Under the pieces are notes generated by a model. The model ran no database searches. It was not told the DNA's origin and saw only the letters and a list, made by a program, of their open reading frames with translations. From Macrostomum lignano (Eukaryota), in contig NIVC01000040.1 in NCBI GenBank assembly GCA_002269645.1, forward strand, positions 248,001 to 312,000: a stretch of 64,000 bases of DNA, in the 5' to 3' direction. The position numbers and the translations under genes were made by a program. Of the stretch, positions 27,212-64,000 are shown piece after piece (position 1 is the stretch's first letter; every line of letters starts with the position of its first letter).

Positions 27212-27503
27212 AAATTGCGCTCTTGCAGAAGAGACAACAGTTAAAATTGCGCTCTTGCAGAAGAGACAACAGTTAAAATTGCGCTCTTGCAGAAGAGACA
27301 ACAGTTAAAATTGCGCTCTTGCAGAAGAGACAACAGTTAAAATTGCGCTCTTGCAGAAGAGACAACAGTTAAAATTGCGCTCTTGCAGAAGAGACAACAG
27401 TTAAAATTGCGCTCTTGCAGAAGAGACAAGCAGTTAAAATTGCGCTCTTGCAGAAGAGACAACAGTTAAAATTGCGCTCTTGCAGAAGAGACAGCAGTTA
27501 AAA
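27212..27503. repeat. 32-bp minisatellite (AAATTGCGCTCTTGCAGAAGAGACAACAGTTA), about 9 nearly identical copies
   Basis: Read directly; internal hairpin CTCTT-GCAG-AAGAG. Confidence 0.93.
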
Positions 27504-28184
27504 TGCGCGTCTTTGTTCCAGACGTGCATTCGAAATGCGCGCTAATTGTGCCGGTGCGCCCTTCCGCCACGTACGTAGAGCTGCAGTTTCAAAATGCGCT
27601 AAAGGTTTATCATTGAAATTATGTTAACAAATACGCTCATTTGGTGTTCATGACCATGATGGTACACCGGACGTGTTGAATATAATATCATGTGTAGTAA
27701 AAAAAAATTAGTCAAAAATCAGCTTAAGTGAAGAAACAATCAAGTAAAGTAAGTCACAATGATTCTATTTTAATTGATATATACAATACGTACGAACTAC
27801 TTTATAAATAAAAATACAGATCACTCGTATTAATAAAATAATTAACTACGTACACTTAAGAATAAATGATACTTCTACTGTGTACACTGTATGAAATAAT
27901 AAGTATCGACTTTATGGTTAAAAACAAAAAATAAAAAATCTTTCGTTAATACAGACAGTTTATGAATTTTATAATCACTTACAGTATTGGCATTTGGCAC
28001 TCAGTTAATCCAAAGAGAACAGGAAAAAAACGTTTTAATTTACGCGCCAAAAAGAGAGTGAGCAAATGATTAATTTTGCTGCTATATGCCGAATGCATAC
28101 CCGGATGTGTAAGCTATAATGTAAAATGTAACTTTTAGCTTTACAAATAAAGATTCAATCATATAACTGTATATTAGAATTTGC

Positions 28185-28613
28185 TCAGGATTGCAAATGC
28201 AACAACTGTTTGAGAGCCTGAGTGGCGGTTAGACACTGCTGCTGCAGAGTTTCCGGTCGCTGCTCGTTGCTGTCGTCAGATTCGGCGCACTTAGCAACAG
28301 CGGCGCGGGCACCATCAGCATCCTCGAGCCAGTCCTTCGGCGGTGTTGGCAGCTCTTCCGGCTTAGGCGGTTCGTGAATTCGTCCAGAGGCCAGTAGTAC
28401 AGGTGGCGGAGATGACGACGACTTTGAATTCGGCGATCGGCGATGCTGCTGCTGCGACCAATTAGGCCTACTAGGCTTGTTGTTCTGAGTACCTTTATTG
28501 TTGGCACTGGCCACATCTGCGTAGCTTCTCCACGTACAATTGCTACTAGTAGTGACTGACGATTGTTGTGGAACGTCATTGAATTTGACGCTGCTGTCCT
28601 TGCCGCTGCCCAT
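28185..28613 (-). CDS. Candidate single-exon orphan ORF, 142 aa, Ser/Pro/Gln-rich
   Basis: GC-rich non-repetitive ORF preceded by an A-rich leader (AAAAAAATACAATGG) and followed by AT-rich DNA; no family recognised. Confidence 0.3.
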   Translation of the reverse strand: MGSGKDSSVKFNDVPQQSSVTTSSNCTWRSYADVASANNKGTQNNKPSRPNWSQQQHRRSPNSKSSSSPPPVLLASGRIHEPPKPEELPTPPKDWLEDADGARAAVAKCAESDDSNEQRPETLQQQCLTATQALKQLLHLQS

Positions 28614-29439
28614 TGTATTTTTTTATGTTTATTGATTTTTTGGTATTTTGGCTTTTTTTTATCTTTATGTTTCGCTACATGTAGCACCAGATTGGTGATG
28701 ATGTCGGCGCCGAGATAAGAAAAACCAAAATGCAAATGGCGAAGGCCAGTTCAGGCTCAGGCGCTTCAATATATTTACAAGTCCAACCGGCCAGTCCACG
28801 GAATTCCCGGCGGGAGTTGTACGAGAGAGAGCTAGCTAAATGTACATTTGACGGAGATCACGTGAATTTCTCTCTTCTCTGTTCGTTCCTATACTATCTA
28901 TCGTTTGTGCTTGCGTGGCATTTTTGTCAATCCTTAGTCAGAACTATTTTTAGATCCACAAGACGAAAACCCTCTGGGTACGCAAGAAGCGCTTTCGCTC
29001 GCTCATGCAAAACCGTTATGCAAGTTACAACTAATAATAGATGTTGAATCACGGGAAAAAGGAATTGTTCCTAGTTAATGTGACACCATTTTTTATCTCT
29101 GGAGCTTCTCATCGGGATTAGTTGGTAATAAATAATAAGTTTACTTAGACAGACAGAAAAAAGCTTTGAAGAAAGCGAAACAAATACTTGCATTAAAATG
29201 ATAGTGCCTGAACTTTTTTTATTGATTCTAAATGGGGAATTCAGTGTCTAAAAGTACATCTCAACTGTAGTAGGATTTAACTAATCCGCAGGTAAACAGG
29301 ACTTTTAGGCTTGTTTAGACTGGAGCTTCAGTATATAGATAAAGAAAATTTTATGATCTTCAGGCTGATCTTCAGATGTATGCATGTATAATCATCTAAA
29401 GTGGCCTGAAGAATTATCTGAAGACTATAGTACTCAGGG

Positions 29440-30400
29440 TTAGAATCTTCAGGCTAAGATTCTTTCAGGCTTAGATTCTTCAGGCCAAGATTTTAAGTTT
29501 ATAAAATCTTAAGCCTAGAACCTCCAGACTTAGAATCTTCAGGCTTAGAACGTTCAGGCTTAGAACTATCAGGCTTAGAATCTTCAGGCTTAGACTCTTC
29601 AGGCTTAGACTCTTCAGGCTCAGAACGTTCAGGCTTAGAACCTTCAGGCTTAGAACCTTCAGGCTTAGAACCTTCAGGCTTAGAACCTTCAGGCTTAGAA
29701 CTATCAGGCTTAGAACTATAAGGCTTAGAATCTTCAGGCTTAGACTCTTCAGGCTTAGAACCTTCAGGCTTAGAACCTTCAGGCTTAGAACCATCAGGCT
29801 TAGAACCTTCAGGCTTAGAACCTTCAGGCTTAGAACCTTCAGGCTTAGAACTATCAGGCTTAGAACTATCAGGCTTAGAACTATCAGGCTCAGAATCTTC
29901 AGGCTTAGACTCTTCAGGCTTAGAACTATAAGGCTTAGAATCTTCAGGCTTAGACTCTCCAGGTTCAGAACCTTCAGGCTTAGAATCTTCAGGCTTAAAA
30001 TCTTCAGGTTCAGAACCTTCAGGCTTAGAACCTTCAGGCTTAGATCCTTCAGGCTTAGAAATATCAGGCTTAGAACTATAAGGCTTAGAATCTTCAGGCT
30101 TAGACTCTTCAGGCGTGGAACTAATCAGGCTTAGAACTATCAGGCTCAGAATCTTCAGGCTTAGAATCTTCAGGCTTAGAACTATCAGGCTTAGAATCTT
30201 CAAGCTTAGACTCTCCAGGTTCAGAACCTTCAGGCTTAGAATCTTCAGGCTTAAAATCTTCAGGTTCAGAATCTTCAGGCTTAGAATCTTCAGGCTTAGA
30301 ATCTTCAGGCTTCAGAATCTTCAGGCTTAGACTCTTCAGGCTTAGAATCTTCAGGCTTCAGAATCTTCAGGCTTAGACTCTTCAGACTTAGTATCTATCT
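29440..30400. repeat. 15-bp minisatellite (TCAGGCTTAGAATCT-like), about 60 copies
   Basis: Read directly; gives SKPE- and ILSLK-type pseudo-ORFs. Confidence 0.93.
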
Positions 30401-31259
30401 GGCTTAAAATCTTCAATCTCATGATCCTCAGGCTTTTTAGACTTTTTTCTTTCGGTTTATCTTTCGTAAAAATTGCGATAAGAAGATTCACAGCAATTGC
30501 CATTTAGCCGCAAGCTTTAAGCTTGCTTTCGAAGCAATTTTGTCGCTTTTGCTACTAAAATCGTATACATAAGTAGGAAATAACGAATCCGACGCTAAAA
30601 TTCGCAGTGACACGCATATTTATTGCCGATATTAATTCAAACAATTAATTGCAACAAATTAGTTTTCTTAAAATATGAAATACATAAGTTAACAGAGCAC
30701 TGTTGTTACTAGCCAAATTTGGAGTCTGTTGCGCGTTAGATGTAACTCGGTAACGATCACACGTGCTGTACGCATATGCCATGAAATTGCTTTTGAATAT
30801 ACGAGAAATATATGAGAAAAATATATCGATTTAGTTAAGTTGCATCTAAGAGAAGCGGAAAATGGCGATAAAATGACTTATGGGATTTAGATCAGAGTTG
30901 TCCGGGCAAGGATGCTGCATTTCGTGTAGAAATATCGAATTTCAACAATTTTACAGATGATGGTCATCTCTGTGCCAGCATCTCTAACTTGGGCATCCTA
31001 CTTCCATACGCATTGCACGTTAGATGGGTTGCGTGAGGCCAATCAGCTGGTGACAATTCGACTCCAAATCATCAGCCATCATGCCATCAGGATTAATGGA
31101 AACTTCAAAAACAATTTTTACTGACGCGGCTTTGTTCGTGCAGTTTATAAATTGTGTTTGACAGACATATTTGGACAAAAATTTGCGGACGCGGATGAGC
31201 CAAATCATTTTTGCTAGCAGGTTTAATTTCTGATCGAATGAAATTTAAGTTTAAAATAT

Positions 31260-32020
31260 CGATTTAGCGGGAAACCACCCCACTCCGCTTGGACTTACTC
31301 GCACATTTGGGATAATTTGATTTAGCGGACAACCACCCACCCCACTCCGCTTGGACTCACTCGCACATTTTAGCGGACAACCACCCACCCCACTCCGCTT
31401 GGACTTACTCGCACATTTGGGGTAATTTGATTTAGCGGACAACCACCCACCCCACTCCGCTTGGACTTACTCGCACATTTGGGGTAATTCGATTTAGCGG
31501 ACAACCACCCACCCCACTCCGCTTGGACTTACTCGCACATTTGGGGTAATTCGATTTAGCGGACAACCACCCACCCCACTCCGCTTGGACTCACTCGCAC
31601 ATTTGGGGTAATTTGATTTAGCGGACAACCACCCACCCCACTCCGCTTGGACTCACTCGCACATTTGGGGTAATTCGATTTAGCGGACAACCACCCACCC
31701 CACTCCGCTTGGACTCACTCGCACATTTGGGGTAATTTGATTTAGCGGACAACCACCCACCCCACTCCGCTTGGACTCACTCGCACATTTGGGGTAATTT
31801 GATTTAGCGGACAACCACCCACCCCACTCCGCTTGGACTCACTCGCACATTTGGGGTAATTTGATTTAGCGGACAACCACCCACCCCACTCCGCTTGGAC
31901 TTACTCGCACATTTGGGGTAATTTGACTTAGCGGACAACCACCCACCCCACTCCGCTTGCACTTACTCGCACATTTAGGGTTATTAATTTATCGAACAAC
32001 CACCCCCACTCCGCGTGAAG
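31260..32020. repeat. 62-bp minisatellite (GATTTAGCGGACAACCACCCACCCCACTCCGCTTGGACTCACTCGCACATTTGGGGTAATTT), about 12 copies
   Basis: Period of 62 checked at 31441/31503/31565. Confidence 0.93.
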
Positions 32021-32763
32021 TTATCTGTACACTGTGCCGCCCGATAATGGATACTGAGGGTTCGGGGAGAAATTTCTGCGAAGTTTATCTAAGGCAGATT
32101 TAAACCTTCAAACGAATTGCTGAATGTACTTTAACGAGATTAAAAGTCAATACCAGTCACCAGTACATGTATTTGCAGACGCGGGCACTGAGAATAGATA
32201 ACATGAGATTTGTTTCAACTTTGAATTGGCGCCAATTTTCTTAATTTCTCTAATTAATTTAACTTAATATTCAAATATTGAATCGTCTATAATTCTACTT
32301 TGTCTAATGCAAATTAAATAACTGCGACTTTATTAGATAATTTGGCGCCAATTTAAATTTGACACTGATTTTGATCGAATCGACTGGAGGTAGAGCAGCA
32401 ATAATTTTATCGAATTCCGATTGCAGGGTCAATCAATTAATTACATGCATGTATAGCATGCATTCCATCTATGAGCGAAATACACATTGTAAATGACATC
32501 AGATGTCACCATTACTTTTTATTCCACATCACCGTATTAATGAAGCAAAAGGCCGCTGGCTGCACTTGCAAAGCTGGAGCCGGGTTTTCTCTGTGAAATG
32601 CATGCTGTTGCCTGTTGTTCTGTTGTTGTTGTTACTGTTGGACTTCCGAATCAACTATTGCACATATCAATAAATTACGCGTGTATTTGGTCTGAGATTT
32701 GCGAGCGAAGCGGCTTTCAGCTTCAGCTGTCAACCGTCAAAATTATCGTCATAAAAATGATTA

Positions 32764-59768
<27,005 letters not shown>

Positions 59769-60169
59769 GCTTGCCGAAGTCCAGACCGCTGTAGGGCCGC
59801 ACGCAGGCAAGCCGGCGAAGTCGGAAAAGAAGTAATTTTTTTCTGCCGTTGCTCTACGGTCTTCCGGTATTAATCCTGAATTGGAGAAGAGCAGTCTGCA
59901 TGGGGTGGGCGGTTAGCAGGGGAGAGGACAAGGGGATTCTATAGTTGCTGGGATCAGGGGATTGGCTGGACTGGAACTAATGCACTCCCTCAAAATCCCT
60001 ACAACTCCCCCCCCATAGCAGCAAATCCCCAATGCTGATGCCGGGACAGCGACGCTACAAGTTGGCGTCCTCCCAGCCTTCCGCTCCTGCCTACCGCTCC
60101 GTCTCCCTCTCCCTCCCACCTCACTCTCAACCCTGTCTTTCACTCCATTCTCACCCTTCTTACATCTCC

Positions 60170-61175
60170 CCGGTCTCCTACCTCTCTGTCTCCTATCTCA
60201 CTGTCTCCTATCTCACTGTCTCCTATCTCACCGTCTCCTATCTCACTGTCTCCTATCTCACTGTCTCCTATCTCACTGTCTCCTATCTCACCGTCTCCTA
60301 TCTCACTGTCTCCTATCTCACTGTCTCTATCTCAGTGTCTCCTATCTCACTGTCTCTTATCTCACTGTCTCTATCTCACCGTCTCCTATCTCACTGTCTC
60401 CTATCTCACTGTCTCTATCTCAGTGTCTCCTATCTCACTGTCTCTTATCTCACTGTCTCTATCTCACCGTCTCCTATCTCACTGTCTCTATCTCAGTGTC
60501 TCCTATCTCACTGTCTCCTATCTCACTGTCTCCTATCTCACCGTCTCCTATCTCACTGTCTCTTATCTCACTGTCTCTATCTCAGTGTCTCCTATCTCAC
60601 CGTCTCCTATCTCACTGTCTCCTATCTCACTGTCTCCTATCTCACTGTCTCCTATCTCACTGTCTCTATCTCACTGTCTCTATCTCAGTGTCTCCTATCT
60701 CACTGTCTCCTATCTCACTGTCTCCTATCTCACTGTCTCCTATCTCACTGTCTCCTATCTCACTGTCTCCTATCTCACTGTCTCCTATCTCACTGTCTCC
60801 TATCTCACTGTCTCCTATCTCACTGTCTCTTATCTCACTGTCTCTTATCTCACTGTCTCTTATCTCACTGTCTCTTATCTCACTGTCTCTTATCTCACTG
60901 TCTCCTATCTCACTGTCTCTTATCTCACTGTCTCTATCTCAGTGTCTCCTATCTCACTGTCTCTATCTCAGTGTCTCCTATCTCACTGCCTCCTATCTCA
61001 CTGTCTCTTATCTCACTGTCTCTTATCTCACTGTCTCTTATCTCACTGTCTCTATCTCAGTGTCTCCTATCTCACTGTCTCTATCTCAGTGTCTCCTATC
61101 TCACTGCCTCCTATCTCACTGTCTCTTATCTCACTGTCTCTTATCTCACTGTCTCTTATCTCACTGTCTCCTATC
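60170..61175. repeat. 15-bp minisatellite (TCTCCTATCTCACTG)n
   Basis: Read directly. Confidence 0.94.
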
Positions 61176-61879
61176 TCACAATCACCCCGTCAGTCACTCC
61201 GATCTCAGTCAGCAGACTCCCCATACAGACATACGAGTACCTGTCTCTCCCTATCTCTGACAGGCAGCATTTTTTCTCACATAGTTCGCCCAGTCCCAAT
61301 TCTGTTCTCCCCTGCCTGCTCCTAGACTGCAAGAAGGCAGAAGTCACACCATTGATGAACCTACCGCTTAGACTTTTATTGATGGGTGGTTAGGGAAGAC
61401 TGTTGGGGTAACAATTCTTTCTTTTGCTACTTCTTCCAGGCCGCCGATAGGGTGGTGGGAACATTGTCCCTCAGTTCACACCTGTGAGGTGTGCCTTAAT
61501 GGGGGGGGGGGGCGACTTCTTGTAGTTTTCTTCTAGCAGTTTTTATCTGTTTGCTGCTGTTGCTGTTGTCTATGCGAGTGAAATTAACATTTTTTTGGCC
61601 CAGTTACCTGACGCTGGTAATCATAACTTGCTTGTAATGGCAAAATCCATAGTAAAAAATGAAATGAAGAATACACAATTGCTCGGAAGGTGTTGCGCTG
61701 GCCTGGGTGGAACAAGCGCAAAAGCATGTTTATGAGCATTGACAAGCTTTTCTCTAAGTTGCAGATAGTCTGCTAACTGGTGAATATGCACTTTTCATCT
61801 CTGCGAATAAATGTAATTTGTTTTTTAGTCTAAATATGCGTCTCTATTGTTTCTAAAAATGTACTTATTTATCACCAAA

Positions 61880-63960
61880 GGTGTGTCACCGATTTCAAGA
61901 GTGTCACTGATTTGTCACTGAAGAGTGTCACTGATTTGTCACTGAAGAGTGTCACTGATTTGTCACTGAAGAGTGTCACTGATTTGTCACTGAAGAGTGT
62001 CACGGATTTGTCACTGAAGAGTGTCACTGATTTGTCAGTCAAGAGTGTCACTGATTTGTCACTGAAGAGTGTCACGGATTTGTCACTGAAGAGTGTCACG
62101 GATTTGTCACTGAAGAGTGTCACGGATTTGTCACTGAAGAGTGTCACTGATTTGTCGCTGAAGAGTGTCACTGATTTGTCACTGAATAGTGTCACTGATT
62201 TGTCACTAAAGAGTGTCACTGATTTGTCACTGAAGAGTGTCACTGATTTGTCACTGAAAAGTGTCACTGATTTGTCACTGAAGAGTGTCACTGATTTCTC
62301 ACTGAAGAGTGTCACTGATTTGTCACTGAAGAGTGTCACTGATTTGTCACTAAAGAGTGTCACTGATTTGTCACTGATTTGTCACTGATTTGTCACTAAA
62401 GAGTTTCACTGATTTGCCACTGAAAAGTGTCACTGATTTGTCACGGATTTGTCACTGAAGAGTGTCACTGATTTGTCACTGAAGAGTTTCACTAATTTGT
62501 CACTGAAAGGTGTCACTGATTTGTCACTAAAGAGTGTCACGGATTTGTCACTGAAGAGTGTCACTGATTTGTCACGGATTTGTCACTGAAGAGTGTCACT
62601 GTTTGTCACTGAATAGTGTCACTGATTTGTCACTGAAAGGTGTCACTGATTTGTCACTAAAGAGTGTCACGGATTTGTCACTGAAGAGTGTCACTGATTT
62701 GTCACTGAAAAGTGTCACGGATTTTTCACTGAAGAGTGTCACGGATTTGTCACTGAAGAGTGTCACTGATTTGTCACTGAAGAGTGTCACTGATTTTTCA
62801 CTGAAAGGTGTCACTGATTTGTCACTGAAGAGTGTCACTGATTTGTCACTGAAGAGTTTCACTGATTTGTCACTGAAAAGTGTCACGGATTTGTCACTGA
62901 AGAGTGTCACGGATTTGTCACTGAATAGTGTCACTGATTTGTCACTGAAAGGTGTCACTGATTTGTCACTGATTTGTCACTAAAGAGTGTCACTGATTTG
63001 TCACTAAAGAGTGTCACTGATTTGTCACTGATTTGTCACCGATTTGTCACTAAAGAGTGTCACTGATTTGCCACTGAAAAGTGTCACTGATTTGTCACTG
63101 ATTTGTCACTGAAGAGTGTCACTGATTTGTCACTGATTTGTCACTGATTTGTCACTAAAGAGTGTCACTGATTTGCCACTGAAAAGTGTCACTGATTTGT
63201 TACTGATTTGTCACTGAAGAGTGTCACTGATTTGTCACTGAAGAGTGTCACGGATTTTTCACTGAAGAGTGTCACTGATTTGTCACTGAAGAGTGTCACT
63301 GATTTGTCACTGAAAAGTGTCACTGATTTGTCACTGAAGAGTGTCACTGATTTGTCACTGATTTTTCACTGAAGAGTGTCACTGATTTGTCACTAAAGAG
63401 TGTCACTGATTTGTCACTGATTTGTCACTGAAAAGTGTCACGGATTTGTCACTGAAGAGTGTCACGGATTTTTCACTGAAGAGTGTCACTGATTTGTCAC
63501 TGAAGAGTGTCACTGATTTGTCACTGAAAAGTGTCACTGATTTGTCACTGAAGAGTGTCACTGATTTGTCACTGATTTTTCACTGAAGAGTGTCACTGAT
63601 TTGTCACTAAAGAGTGTCACTGATTTGTCACTGATTTGTCACTGAAAAGTGTCACGGATTTGTCACTGAAGAGTGTCACGGATTTGTCACTGAAGAGTGT
63701 CACGGATTTGTCACTGAAGAGTGTCACGGATTTGTCACTGAAGAGTGTCACGGATTTTCACTGAAGAGTGTCACGGATTTTCACTGAAGAGTGTCACTGA
63801 TTTGTCAGTGAAAAGTGTCACGGATTTGTCACTGATTTGTCACTGAAGAGTGTCACTGATTTGTCACTGATTTGTCACTGATTTGACACTGACTTGTTAA
63901 TATAAGTGTCAGTGATTTCACATTGCTTTGTCACTGATTTTTCTCTGATTTGTCACAGAC
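61880..63960. repeat. 24-bp minisatellite with a 12-bp sub-period (GTCACTGATTTGTCACTGAAGAGT)n
   Basis: Read directly. Confidence 0.95.
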
Positions 63961-64000
63961 TTGTTAATAAAAGTGTCACTAATTTGTTACTATATGCGTA

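Noticed and set aside
26690-27680. Possible MITE around the 32-bp array (repeated AATTCGCC motifs at about 26705-26760)
   Set aside because: No matching terminal inverted repeat or TSD was found.
29480-30330. (SKPEG/D)n 234-aa ORF resembling a repetitive structural protein
   Set aside because: The 15-bp unit leaves two of three frames open by construction. Variants are mostly non-synonymous, frameshifting 16-bp units occur, and the ORF start lies inside the repeat.
59769-59810. ORF-track N-terminal extension MPACGPTAVWTSAS of the Kv3-like gene
   Set aside because: It begins at TTG; the first ATG in good context is at 59768.

Overview
Eukaryotic (animal) genomic DNA, extremely rich in micro- and minisatellites. 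The high-GC exons, CAG/polyQ tracts and repeat-filled introns resemble the flatworm Macrostomum; this organism guess is inference only. Three protein-coding genes can be reconstructed by hand. (1) A Shaker/Kv1 channel with an intronless CDS on + (2189-3778), ending in the PDZ ligand ETDV. (2) A 10-exon FERM-PDZ-PTP phosphatase of the PTPN3/PTPN4 (PTP-MEG) family on - (9730-20822, about 1025 aa), with a candidate hydrophobic alternative exon. (3) A 3-exon, divergent Shaw/Kv3-related channel on - (32764-59768, about 635 aa). It has lost the first two S4 gating charges and its S6 gate reads AIPIIG instead of PVPVIV, making it a candidate regulatory (silent) subunit. Mobile DNA includes a decayed RTE-like non-LTR retrotransposon. 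A PIF/Harbinger-type element (TTA TSD, MADF remnant) carries a nested hAT/Charlie-like MITE whose left end is amplified into a 12-copy tandem array. Most long ORFs in the supplied track are artefacts of tandem repeats. There are no rRNA, tRNA or CRISPR features.
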